The notes under the pieces: generated by a model
The model's database searches: none
Seen by the model: only the letters and a program-made list of their open reading frames with translations
Told to the model about the DNA's origin: nothing
Assembly (NCBI GenBank): GCA_030057915.1
Contig: JASGUC010000003.1
Location: forward strand, 102,086-166,085
Source of the DNA: Pseudomonadota bacterium
Lineage (GTDB): Bacteria; Desulfobacterota; Syntrophia; Syntrophales; UBA8958
Reading direction: 5' to 3'
Length of the DNA stretch: 64,000 nucleotides
Position numbers and translations under genes: made by a program
In this document: piece by piece, positions 53,793 through 63,230 of the stretch
Position numbering within the stretch: position 1 is the stretch's first letter
Layout of the letters: each line of letters begins with the position of its first letter

Positions 53793-55823
53793 TTACGTCC
53801 GCCTGAAGAGGCCGGCCAAGCGCCGCTCCGTCAGGACGATCCAGACGGGACGACCATGGGGGCAGGTGCCAGCGAAGGGCAGACGGTCCAGGTCATGACC
53901 GAGGCGGACCGCCTCCGCTTCGGAGAGGATCTGTCCCTTCTTGACGGCCCCCTGGCAGGCCAGGGAAATCAAGACCCGGTCCCGCTTCTCCCCCCAGGAG
54001 AGCCCCTCGGTCGGTCCGGTAAGCTGCGCCAGTGATTCCTCCAGGAGCGTCCGGGGCGCCAGACGCCCGAGGGCCGCCGGCAGGGACCGGATAGAGACGG
54101 TGTGGCCCCCGAAGGGCTCGATCTCCAGGCCGGCCTCCCGGAGCAGATCTCGATGCTCCATGAGCATCCCGTAGTCTCCCGGGGAAAGGGTGGCCACCTC
54201 GGGGATGAGCAGGGGCTGAACGGCCAACCGGCCCTCCCGGCCCTCCCGACGCAATTCCTCGTAGAGGATGCGCTCATGGGCGGCGTGTTGATCGACGAGA
54301 ATCAGGTCGTGGTCATGGGAGAAGACGAGATAGCAGCCCCCGGCCTGCCCCAGATAGGTCATGGAGGCGAAATAGCGTCGGGGGCTTCCGTCTTCCGACC
54401 CCGGGAAGGCCGGCGCGTCCGCCGGATCCCTCGGGGCGGCCGCCTCGACGGTGGGCTCGGAAACGAATCCCGGTTCGTGCCGGCGTTCAAGATTTCCCCT
54501 CTCTCCCCCCCCGAGAAACGACGGGGATCCCTCTCCCGCGCTGGCGTCGTCGTCCCTTCGCCCGCGCCGCCGGTCGGCGGCGGCGCTGAAGAGGGCCCCG
54601 CTGCCGGCGCTGAACGATGCCCCGGACCGATAAGAAGACTTTTTCGCCCCTCCGAGGAGGGTGTAGCGCTTCACCGCCTCTTCGAGACGGCGCTGATAGA
54701 CCTGGGAGGTCAGGTTGGCGTCCCCGGGGTCCGTGGCGGGCATGGGGGAGGCCCCATCGTCCAAGGCCGGGGCGACGGCGGCGAAGCCCGCCAGGATAGT
54801 TTCGACCACGAGGCCGTAAATGGCCCGGGGATTCTGAAAACGGACCTCGAGCTTGGCGGGGTGCACATTTATGTCCACCTCCTCCGACGGCATCGTCAGG
54901 AAGAGGACCGCCGCCGGATAGCGTTTTGCCGCCATGACGTTCCGACAGGCCGTCATGAGGGCATGATTGAGAAGGGCGTCGCGGATGCAGCGGCCGTTGA
55001 CGAAGCAGTAGATGTCCTTCGCGTTGGCCCGGGTGATCTCCGGGCGGGAGATATAACCCTCGAGCGTCAGCTCCCCCCGGACCCCCTTGACCTTGAGCAG
55101 GCCGCTCCCCGTCTCCCGGCCCAGGACCATGCCGATGCGCTCCCCGGCGTCGGCGGTAGCGGGCATGTCCCAGAGTAGGCGACCGTTGTTCAGGACGCGG
55201 AACTTGACGCCCGGAGAGGCGAGGGCAATCCGGTTGACCGCCTCCAGACAGGCCCCCTGTTCCGTCGCCTCGGATTTGAGGAATTTCCTGCGCGCCGGCA
55301 CGGCCGCGAAGATTTGGCTCACATGGATCGTCGTTCCGACGGGACAGCCCGCTTCCCGAAGTTCCTCAACCCGGCTGTTTTCCGCGACGATCGTGGTTCC
55401 CCCCAGGGCGGTCGCCGGCCGGGTGGTCAGTTCCACCCGGGCCACGGCGGCGATGCTGGGCAGGGCCTCGCCCCGGAAACCGAAGGACCGGAGTCGATAT
55501 AGATCGTCGAAGACGGTAAGTTTGCTCGTGGCGTGACGCTGGAAGGCCAGGGGAACGTCCGCCGGTTCCATCCCCGCCCCGTTGTCGGTGACGCGCAGGG
55601 CGTCGCAGCCCCCCTTGACCAGCTCGATCTGTATAACGGTCGCGCCGGCATCCAGGGCATTCTCCAGGAGTTCCTTGAGGATCGAGGCGGGACGTTCGAT
55701 CACCTCCCCGGCGGCGATGCGATGGGCCAGCTCCGGTGGCAGGATATTGATTTTTTGCGCAAGCTTCGGCCTTGCCGCGTCCAGGACATTATTCTGGTTC
55801 GAATCTGGCTCCATTTCTTCCAA
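53793..55823 (-). CDS. mutL: DNA mismatch repair protein MutL
   Basis: N-terminal GHKL ATPase motifs IAAGEVIERPASILKELLENALDAG and DNGAGM, a long disordered linker, and a C-terminal dimerization domain (QHAAHERILYE). Confidence 0.9.
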   Translation of the reverse strand: MEEMEPDSNQNNVLDAARPKLAQKINILPPELAHRIAAGEVIERPASILKELLENALDAGATVIQIELVKGGCDALRVTDNGAGMEPADVPLAFQRHATSKLTVFDDLYRLRSFGFRGEALPSIAAVARVELTTRPATALGGTTIVAENSRVEELREAGCPVGTTIHVSQIFAAVPARRKFLKSEATEQGACLEAVNRIALASPGVKFRVLNNGRLLWDMPATADAGERIGMVLGRETGSGLLKVKGVRGELTLEGYISRPEITRANAKDIYCFVNGRCIRDALLNHALMTACRNVMAAKRYPAAVLFLTMPSEEVDINVHPAKLEVRFQNPRAIYGLVVETILAGFAAVAPALDDGASPMPATDPGDANLTSQVYQRRLEEAVKRYTLLGGAKKSSYRSGASFSAGSGALFSAAADRRRGRRDDDASAGEGSPSFLGGGERGNLERRHEPGFVSEPTVEAAAPRDPADAPAFPGSEDGSPRRYFASMTYLGQAGGCYLVFSHDHDLILVDQHAAHERILYEELRREGREGRLAVQPLLIPEVATLSPGDYGMLMEHRDLLREAGLEIEPFGGHTVSIRSLPAALGRLAPRTLLEESLAQLTGPTEGLSWGEKRDRVLISLACQGAVKKGQILSEAEAVRLGHDLDRLPFAGTCPHGRPVWIVLTERRLAGLFRRT

Positions 55824-55957
55824 ATCCTCCGGCCGCCTTCATCGCTTCGACAGCGCGTCAAGCCTTGGACGGTTGGCCTGAACCGAAAGCCCCATCCCCT
55901 CCCCGGCGGGGGAGGATGGGGCCGGCATTCATCGCGGGCGTCGTCGGCGAGGGACGA

Positions 55958-56869
55958 TCAATCCAAGACGATCATCACCCGGCACTTCTGGAGGTAGCTC
56001 ATGTTCTCGGCGGAGGCCCGCACCTTGGCGGCGTCGGCGTTACTCAAGACGATGTCGCACTTCCCCGGACCGTCGGCCCGGATGCCCTTGACGCTCAGGG
56101 GATTGCTGGTGACCCGGGGATTGCTCTGGGCCGCCGTCAGATCCCGGGCGTAGCCCGTCATGCCCTGCTGGATGGCGTACTGCCGGTCCACCTTCATGGA
56201 TCCGTAAACCTCCCCGCCGTTTTCGTCGACGATCTTGGGGGACATGGCCGGCCGGGCGGCCAGGCCCCGGGCGTCGATGACCAGGCCGGTGATGGCGTCC
56301 CCGATGGATGCCGCCGGGGCGGGAGCGGGGGCAGGAGCGGGAGCGGCCGACGGCGGTGCCGGTTCCGGCGCTTTGGGCAGCACCGTCTGGGCCAGGCGGC
56401 CGCCGAGACTCATCCGCACCGTCACCTCCACGGTGCCGTCGGAGAGGTAGTCCTGGTTTACCACGTTGAAATTACGGATTACCCCTTCCACGGAGGAACG
56501 AATCTCGTCGCTTTCCGTCATGAAGTCCCTCACGACGGTGCTGGAGTCAACCCGGACCCCCTTGACGATCTCCAGGAGATTGCGGTATGCGTCCATCCTG
56601 GCGGCCCGCAGGGCCATGGGGCGGGCGTTGGGCCTCCCCAATAAGCGCTCCGGAGGGGAGCCGACGCCCACGGTCTCCACATATCCGTCCTCGTAGTTGA
56701 TGATGCCCTTGTCGCCGGCCTGTTCGGCGACCTTGGTTTCGATGATTTTCGTCCACTCCGTCATGGAGACTTTACCGTCGCCCCCGGTCTGACAAAAGGC
56801 TGCCGCCCCCGGGAAGGATAAAGCCGTCGCGACTACGATTCCCACGATAACGCTCAGGATGTTGTGCAT
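55958..56869 (-). CDS. LPP20-like lipoprotein-family protein with Pro/Ala linker and C-terminal domain of unknown function
   Basis: Signal sequence, then an LPP20-like segment (ARPMALRAARMDAYRNLLEIVKGVRVDS...DGTVEVTVRM) and the linker PAPPSAAPAPAPAPAPAA. ATG at 56869 with SD AGGAGGA. Confidence 0.6.
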   Translation of the reverse strand: MHNILSVIVGIVVATALSFPGAAAFCQTGGDGKVSMTEWTKIIETKVAEQAGDKGIINYEDGYVETVGVGSPPERLLGRPNARPMALRAARMDAYRNLLEIVKGVRVDSSTVVRDFMTESDEIRSSVEGVIRNFNVVNQDYLSDGTVEVTVRMSLGGRLAQTVLPKAPEPAPPSAAPAPAPAPAPAASIGDAITGLVIDARGLAARPAMSPKIVDENGGEVYGSMKVDRQYAIQQGMTGYARDLTAAQSNPRVTSNPLSVKGIRADGPGKCDIVLSNADAAKVRASAENMSYLQKCRVMIVLD

Positions 56870-57028
56870 ATGGTCCTCCTTGTCTGTAATGTCTTCCAGT
56901 TTGTTCCGAATTCCCGCCGGATGCCGATACCGGCTTCTTTTTGCCAGTAAATCGATGGGCATGCTAACAAATTCCCCCCGGGGATGCAACGGTTTATTTT
57001 CATCCCTTTTGCCACGCCGGCCGTTTCC

Positions 57029-59782
57029 CTATCTCCCCGCAAAGGCCCCGGCCTCCGGGGCGGAGAGCCAGGGGACGATGTTGATCTCGCTGGCCCTGTC
57101 CCCCATGATCATGCGGACCCCCGGAGGATCTTCGCCCCACCAGTTGTCGCGGGCGTCGATATAGATCGTCGAGCGGGCCTGGGCGGCGAAATCGTTGTTG
57201 AAGATGTTGTTGTGATGGAACCGGGGCCGGGCATTGCCCACGACGACGATCGCCCCTTCCCCCCGGTTTTCCGTCAGGGTGCAGAAGGAGATGGTGGGCG
57301 CGGCGTCGTTGCGGCAATAGACGCCACTTTGGGCGTTCCGGGCGATGAGGCAGGAGGTTATCTCCGGCGCTCCGTAAGCGATATCCAGCGCGATATCGGC
57401 ATATTCGATGATCGCGTGGCGCAGGACGGAGTTGACGGCCGTCTTCTTCCGCCATCTGACGGCGCTGGCATGGAAACCCGGCGTCGGAGCAGCGGTGGCG
57501 GCGGTAAAGACGATGGGTTGTTCTGCCGTCCCCTTGGCCATTATGCCGCCGTCTTCCACCGCCAGGGCCGTTGTCTGGGCGAAGCGGAGCGTCACCCCCG
57601 GTTCGATGAACAAGGTGGCCCCGCCGGTGATGACCAGGTCCTTCTCCACCAGGTACGGACTGTTGCTCCTGGTCAGATAGGCGTCCGCCGTGAGGGTTCC
57701 GCCTAAGGTCGGGCCGAGAATGGGCAGGACGGTCCGTTTACCCTCCGGATAGGGGGCGTCGAGGACGGCGCCGATGTCGATTTTTCCCTGGACGGAGGCG
57801 AGGATTTCCGGCCCTTTTGCCGTGCCCCACCAGTTGTCGCGGGCGGAGACGGGGGCGCCGGTCATGGCCCCGAGGATGTGATAGGGATGGTTGTCGATGA
57901 AGTTGTTTTCCCGGATCACGGCCGGGCCGCTGCGGATTTCGATGCCCCCGGCGCCGTTGCGGGCGATGACGTTCCGGGCTATGGTCGGGGCGGCCCCCTC
58001 CACGAGAATGCCCTGCTGGAGATTGTCCAGAATCCGGTTCTCTGTCAGCAGCGGCTGGGCGCCTTCCGTGACGATGATCGCGGCGGCGGCGTTTTTTCTC
58101 ATGGCGCCGCCCGCCACCCGCGGCTTGGCGAAACTCCCGGCTATCCGGATCGCCGTGCCGTTTTCCGTGAATTCACAGGCCTCGATCTCCGGCGAGGAGG
58201 ATTGGAGATCCAGTCCCACCGCGGCGTTGCGAATCCGGTTGTGCCGGAGGATGATCTCCCGGTCCTTGACGTTGCGGAGGGTGATCCCTTCCCAGGTTTT
58301 GCCCGGCGTCGCCACGTCCCAGGAAATCGTCCGGGCCCCATCCCCGGCGGCGATGAGCCCCCCCACGACGGTGAGCCCCGGTCCCGTCGAACGGATCTCC
58401 GTGCCCGCCTCGATGGTGAGGGTGGCCTTGTCCCGGACCAGCAACGGTCTTTCGATGACGTAGGGACTGGCCCCGGCATGCCAAACGGCGTCCTTTTCCA
58501 GCTCCCCGCCGACGGCGGTGGGACCCGGGGCGACGGGGACGGCGGCGCCCGCCGTCCGCTCGCTTTCGTTGCCCGCAAGATCCACGGCGGTTACCTGGTA
58601 GTAATAGGTCTGACCGTTGACAAGCTTTTCGTCCCGGTATTCCGTCAGTTCCGTCCGGGCGATCTCCTGGTGGCCGCTCAGCGGCGTCAGGCTCCGGTAA
58701 ACCCGGTACCCCGCCAGTTCGGGATCGGCGACCCTCTCCCAGGAGAGATTGACCGCGGCGTCGCGGCCGACGATCCGCAGGGTCTGGGGCGACGCCGGCG
58801 GGGTGGTCTTCAGGGTCACGGTGCCCACGGCGTCCACCCAGTGGGCCGCATTGCCGGCGTCATCGGTCAGGGAGCCGGTGATGACCGCCTTCCGGGTCTC
58901 GTCTCCCGGGACCACCTTGTAAACCCCCAGATAGACCCCCGGCTCATCCGGCTGTTCCCGCATTTCGATATGCTGCCGGTAGGTCCCGATCGCGAAGGAG
59001 GCCTGCATCCGCGGCGTCCCCTGCATGACGACCCGGATCTCGTCCCCGGCCTTTTTCGGGAGATTCTTGGCGTCCTGAACCAGGAGGGCGATTGTCGGCG
59101 GCCGTTTGGCCTCGGCGATAGTGGGGGCGGGGATCGTTTTGACCATGTCCCGGAACAGGTCGTCGCAGGCCCGGAGCAGTTGTATGTCCCGGACGTTCAT
59201 GGCGGTGGCCACGATGGTGGCGACCAGCCCGACGGGATTCGTCGTTATCCCTCCTTCGTGGATCCGGGCCACGTGCTCGCCGGTCCAGAGCAATTCGCCC
59301 GACCGGGCATCGTGCATCCGGAGCCTGGCCCCGACGGAGACCTGGGAGTAAACGACGGCGAAGAGCTTGTCAAAATTGGAGATCTCCCCGTAAACCACGG
59401 CGTCAACGCCCAGGATCTTCCCCAGGTCCCGGGCCGGGGTTTGATTGATGACGGCGGGATCCGTCAGCCCCGCCTTTTTGAGCAGGTCATCCACCCGCCA
59501 GAGTTCCATGTCCCGGAAGGGCAGGGAACTGAAATGATTGTAAAAACCGCGACGCACCTCCGGCGCCCCCGCCTGGCTCCGGGAGGCGTCGGTAAAGGGC
59601 AGGACGGCGATCGAGATGGGTTTCGCCTTGGCCATGGCGGGATAAACCTGGTATTTGCCGTCGAAGGTCTCCCGGAGCTGCGGGGCGATGACCGTTTCCT
59701 TGGTGACCACCGTGCAGCCGGCAAGGATCGACGCCCCCCAGATCAGCGCCGCCAGGATCGGAATCTTTCGGTATCTTTTCAT
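57029..59782 (-). CDS. large lipoprotein: DUF799 (GNA1162-like) N-domain + FN3 + right-handed parallel beta-helix repeats
   Basis: Lipobox ILAGC. DUF799-like region IAVLPFTD...GVDAVVYGEISNFD...VGARLRMHDARSGELLW. FN3-like region LSWERVADPELAGYRVYRS...YYYQVTAVDLAGNES. Many PbH1-like repeats follow (..RNVIARNGAGGIEI.., ..ENRILDNLQQGILVEG..). Confidence 0.7.
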   Translation of the reverse strand: MKRYRKIPILAALIWGASILAGCTVVTKETVIAPQLRETFDGKYQVYPAMAKAKPISIAVLPFTDASRSQAGAPEVRRGFYNHFSSLPFRDMELWRVDDLLKKAGLTDPAVINQTPARDLGKILGVDAVVYGEISNFDKLFAVVYSQVSVGARLRMHDARSGELLWTGEHVARIHEGGITTNPVGLVATIVATAMNVRDIQLLRACDDLFRDMVKTIPAPTIAEAKRPPTIALLVQDAKNLPKKAGDEIRVVMQGTPRMQASFAIGTYRQHIEMREQPDEPGVYLGVYKVVPGDETRKAVITGSLTDDAGNAAHWVDAVGTVTLKTTPPASPQTLRIVGRDAAVNLSWERVADPELAGYRVYRSLTPLSGHQEIARTELTEYRDEKLVNGQTYYYQVTAVDLAGNESERTAGAAVPVAPGPTAVGGELEKDAVWHAGASPYVIERPLLVRDKATLTIEAGTEIRSTGPGLTVVGGLIAAGDGARTISWDVATPGKTWEGITLRNVKDREIILRHNRIRNAAVGLDLQSSSPEIEACEFTENGTAIRIAGSFAKPRVAGGAMRKNAAAAIIVTEGAQPLLTENRILDNLQQGILVEGAAPTIARNVIARNGAGGIEIRSGPAVIRENNFIDNHPYHILGAMTGAPVSARDNWWGTAKGPEILASVQGKIDIGAVLDAPYPEGKRTVLPILGPTLGGTLTADAYLTRSNSPYLVEKDLVITGGATLFIEPGVTLRFAQTTALAVEDGGIMAKGTAEQPIVFTAATAAPTPGFHASAVRWRKKTAVNSVLRHAIIEYADIALDIAYGAPEITSCLIARNAQSGVYCRNDAAPTISFCTLTENRGEGAIVVVGNARPRFHHNNIFNNDFAAQARSTIYIDARDNWWGEDPPGVRMIMGDRASEINIVPWLSAPEAGAFAGR

Positions 59783-59898
59783 CTTGCCTCCACCCTCCCC
59801 CCGTCTTGGCGGCGGGAGCTTTGAAAACGACCTGTCCTAATCATGCCGGGCCGGTGACGGCATCCAGAAGTGGTTTGAAGGCGCCGGCTTCCCGCTTC

Positions 59899-60176
59899 GA
59901 GACCTTTGAAAGATGTCATTTCGAGGAGTGCGAGCCTACCCAACTGTCATTGCGAAGGAGCGAAGCGACTGAGAAATCCTAAGATCCCCATGGCCTTCGG
60001 GACATGGATTTCTCCCTTCCGTCGAAATGACAAAAATGGCGGTTATTCAAAGCTCTCCCTTTCGGGGAAACGACGCCCTTTTTGTCATCCCCCCCATGGC
60101 CCTGTCGGGGATCGCCGCGTTCTCCCGGGGATTCCCGCCGGGGGATTTCGGGAATGACGATAAGGAGGTCTTCGTA
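59899..60176. repeat. composite repeat region sharing the MITE terminus plus other hairpin modules
   Basis: GAGACCTTTGAAAG (59899) to TTATTCAAAGCTCTC (60044-60057). It contains GTCATTGCGAAGGAGCGAAGCGAC and GTCATTTCGA...TCGAAATGAC inverted segments. A second module runs to about 60176. Confidence 0.5.
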
Positions 60177-60354
60177 GCGATCATGCATAAGGTCTCGCCG
60201 CGTCGTCCCCCTGGCGTCAGGGACACCGGGGGGGATTCTAACACCTCTTCTTGAGATAAGCCAGTGGGGAAAAGGGTCTTCCCACGCCGCCGCCCGGAGA
60301 TAAACCATTGGGGAGAGGGGACTTCCCCGCGTCGCCGCTTATTGGGGCAACTTT

Positions 60355-61224
60355 TCAGAATGTTTCGACATTATCCAGGGCGCCCCCTCCCCCTGCCCGG
60401 GATGCGCCACTCCAGGGTTCGCCGTGCCCCGGATAAACGGTCCGCGGCGCGATGGCGCGCCGCAGGCCGGCCAAGGTGTCGAGGATGACGCGGCGGTCCC
60501 AGCAGAAGGCGTTCAGGGCGCCGCGGCCGTCCCGCCTCATGTGGAGCATCAAGTCCCCGCAGATCAGCGCCGCCGTTTCCCGGTGGTAGAAGGAGATCGA
60601 GTCTTCCGTGTGCCCCGGCGTGGCCAGGATGTCCCAGTCCTCAAAACCCGGCGGACCCTTTCCCGCTTCCGGGAAGTCGCATCTCTCCACGGGAAAGGAG
60701 GATGCGCTCCCGCGGCGCAGGAGCGGCAGGGGGATGCCGGCGAGCGTGGCCGGCAGGGCGTCCTCGGGGCGGCGCAGACCCTGGGCGGCGGCCAGGACCA
60801 CGGGGGGCAGGGCGGTAAACCAGCCCTCCAGACGGTTCAATCGCCGCCGTCCGGTAAGATAGTCACGGACCGGGGGAGAAAACAGGAGCCGGGTATCCGG
60901 TCCGCAGGCCGCCAGCAGCGGCCCCATCCCGCCGATATGGTCGATGTGGAAGTGGGTGGCGGCCAGATAGCGCACCGCCGTCAGCGGCGCTCCCAGCTCC
61001 CGGCGGATCAGGCGGACGACGGCCCGGGCGGCGCCCCGGCTGCCCGGATCGACCACCATGAACCCCCGCGGGCCGGCGATGACATAACAGCGGGCAAATC
61101 CGCTCGGCTCGACCGGGTAGATCATGGGCCAATTGCCAGACTCACAGAAATCGGCGTTTCCCATGCCCTCCATGCTCCCGTTTCCACGGGACGAAGACGG
61201 TTGAGGGTTTGACGCCGCCGCCAT
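60355..61224 (-). CDS. MBL-fold metallo-hydrolase
   Basis: The ATHFHIDHIGG (HxHxDH) motif and a later TPGHTEDS motif. The start is uncertain; the alternative ATG at 61125 gives MIYPVEP. Confidence 0.75.
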   Translation of the reverse strand: MAAASNPQPSSSRGNGSMEGMGNADFCESGNWPMIYPVEPSGFARCYVIAGPRGFMVVDPGSRGAARAVVRLIRRELGAPLTAVRYLAATHFHIDHIGGMGPLLAACGPDTRLLFSPPVRDYLTGRRRLNRLEGWFTALPPVVLAAAQGLRRPEDALPATLAGIPLPLLRRGSASSFPVERCDFPEAGKGPPGFEDWDILATPGHTEDSISFYHRETAALICGDLMLHMRRDGRGALNAFCWDRRVILDTLAGLRRAIAPRTVYPGHGEPWSGASRAGGGGALDNVETF

Positions 61225-61257
61225 CGTTGCCGGCCCGCGTCCGGGTCTGAAAAGACA

Positions 61258-62115
61258 TCACGGCGCCTTGCGAAAATCCAGATGGGTGAGGAAATCCTCC
61301 AGGGCCAGGGGCCAGAAGCGCAGGGTCTTCCCGGTGACGCCGGTGAATTTGGCGGAACTCAGGACGCTGTAGGATGGCCGCGGCGCCGCCAGACCCAGGT
61401 CGGCGGTCGTTATCGGCTCGACGCGAGTCTGGCTGAAGCCGGCCAGGGCAAGGATCTTCCGGGTGAACTCGCACCAACTGCAGGCGCCCCGGTTGGTCAC
61501 GTGAAAGATTCCCCGGTGCCCCTGTTCCAGGAGGAGCGCCACGGCGCCGGCCAGGTCCAGGCTGTAGGTGGGGGACCCCACCTGATCGTCCACCACCCGC
61601 AGGATCGGGTTGCGCAGGGCCTTCTCCAGGATGGTCTTGACGAAGTTCTTGCCCGTCGGTCCATAGAGCCAGGCGGTGCGGATGAGCAGGTAATCGTTGC
61701 ACCCCTCCTGAAGGTATCTCTCCCCCGCGGCCTTGGAAGCGGCGTAAACGCCCCGGGGGGACGGCGTATCCTCCTCCCGGTAGGGGGCGTAGGCCGTCCC
61801 GCCGAAGACGTAGTCGGTGCTGAAGTGGACGATGGGGATGCGACGATCCTGGCAAGCGGCGACGAGGTTTTTCACCCCCGTGGCGTTGACGGCAAAGCAG
61901 CGTTCCGCGTCGCTTTCCGCCCCGTCCACATTGGTGTAGGCGGCGGCATTGATCACCACTGCGGGATTTTCGGCGGCGATAAGCCCCCGGCAGGAATCGG
62001 GGGAGGTGATGTCGAAATCCTCGACGTCCTTGCCGACGACGGTGTGAAAAGGTCCCAGCCGCCGCATCAGCGCGGTCCCGAGCATCCCCTTGTGTCCCAG
62101 GACAAGCATCTTCAT
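61258..62115 (-). CDS. rfbD: dTDP-4-dehydrorhamnose reductase
   Basis: MKMLVLGHKGMLG Rossmann motif, INAAAYTNVDGAE and YAASKAAGE (YxxxK). Start at the ATG at 62115. The longer ORF to 62502 overlaps truA and was rejected. Confidence 0.85.
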   Translation of the reverse strand: MKMLVLGHKGMLGTALMRRLGPFHTVVGKDVEDFDITSPDSCRGLIAAENPAVVINAAAYTNVDGAESDAERCFAVNATGVKNLVAACQDRRIPIVHFSTDYVFGGTAYAPYREEDTPSPRGVYAASKAAGERYLQEGCNDYLLIRTAWLYGPTGKNFVKTILEKALRNPILRVVDDQVGSPTYSLDLAGAVALLLEQGHRGIFHVTNRGACSWCEFTRKILALAGFSQTRVEPITTADLGLAAPRPSYSVLSSAKFTGVTGKTLRFWPLALEDFLTHLDFRKAP

Positions 62116-62161
62116 TGTGATGTAAACCCTCCCGGAAAATGATCCGCGTCTTCCCGCGGCG

Positions 62162-62941
62162 TCAGTAGCGGACTTCCTTGAGAAACAGGCCCTGGGGGGG
62201 CGCCGTCGCCCCCGCCCGGGCCCGGTCGCGGCCCCGGAGGATGTCCTCCATTTCCGCCGCCTTGCGTTTACCCCGGCCGATTTCCGCCAGGGTGCCCACG
62301 ATGGTTCTTGCCATATACCGCAAAAAACCGTCCGCCTCCATCTCAATTTCCAGAAAAGGGCCGGGATCGCCCGCGATGGTGGCGATGTCCAGCCGGTATA
62401 TCTCCCGGGTGAAGGAGGTCGCGTCGGTATGGACGGTGCAGAAGGAGGTGAAATCATGGCGGCCCAGAAGGTGGGTCGCCGCGGCCCGCATCGTCGTCGC
62501 ATCCAGGGGGACGAAGATCTGCCAGGCCCAGTGGCGGAAAAGGGCCGTCGGGGTCGCCCCGTTATAGATCCGATACAGGTAGGTTTTCCGCCGGGCGTCC
62601 TTCCGGGCGTGAAAACCCGGCGGGGCGTCGGCCAGGGCCTTCACGACGATGTCGTCCGGCAGGAGGCTGTTGATGCCCTTCAGGAGACTGCCCGGGGGGA
62701 TCCCGCAGGCGGTTTGGAAATGGGCCACCTGACCCAGGGCGTGGACCCCGGCGTCGGTCCGTCCGGAGCCGATGACCTTGACGCGCTCCCCGGCGATTAT
62801 GGCGATCCGTTCTTCCAGGACCTCCTGAATGGATAGACCGTTCTTCTGCCGTTGCCAGCCGCGATAGCCGCTCCCGTCGTATTCCAGGGTCATCCGGATC
62901 GTCCGCATGGCGTCGCCGAGTTCAACCAACCGTTCCGTCAT
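62162..62941 (-). CDS. truA: tRNA pseudouridine(38-40) synthase
   Basis: Motifs LEYDGSGYRGWQRQ and GSGRTDAGVHALGQVAHF. The start may be 62941 or 62908. Confidence 0.9.
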   Translation of the reverse strand: MTERLVELGDAMRTIRMTLEYDGSGYRGWQRQKNGLSIQEVLEERIAIIAGERVKVIGSGRTDAGVHALGQVAHFQTACGIPPGSLLKGINSLLPDDIVVKALADAPPGFHARKDARRKTYLYRIYNGATPTALFRHWAWQIFVPLDATTMRAAATHLLGRHDFTSFCTVHTDATSFTREIYRLDIATIAGDPGPFLEIEMEADGFLRYMARTIVGTLAEIGRGKRKAAEMEDILRGRDRARAGATAPPQGLFLKEVRY

Positions 62942-63230
62942 ACCTACTCAAATCTGCTTATACAGACTCAAAGCTGACTTCCTGCTTCACTGAAGGCCGG
63001 TTTCACGGCGGGCTTGCTGCGCCCACCGCCAGAGTCTTGCCTCTCCACAGGCTGACACCGGGGAACTCACGGCCATATTTTTCAGGTTTATCGCTGCTTC
63101 ACCTATGCTTACCACTCTCCTTATATTGTATAGAATAGCACAGAGTTAGTCAGAATACAGGCGAACTGTTAAAACCCCCGTATCGATCATGTCAACCGGT
63201 TCCCTGTCCCATGTCGATTGGCATCGGCTC

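Noticed and set aside
55790-55812. GGTTCGAATC, a tRNA T-arm-like string
   Set aside because: It lies inside the 5' end of mutL coding sequence, and no acceptor, D or anticodon arms can be drawn around it.
61258-62502. 414-aa version of the rfbD ORF
   Set aside because: The N-terminal 129 aa are Arg/Pro-rich and overlap the truA coding region on the same strand. The Rossmann motif begins right after the internal ATG at 62115.
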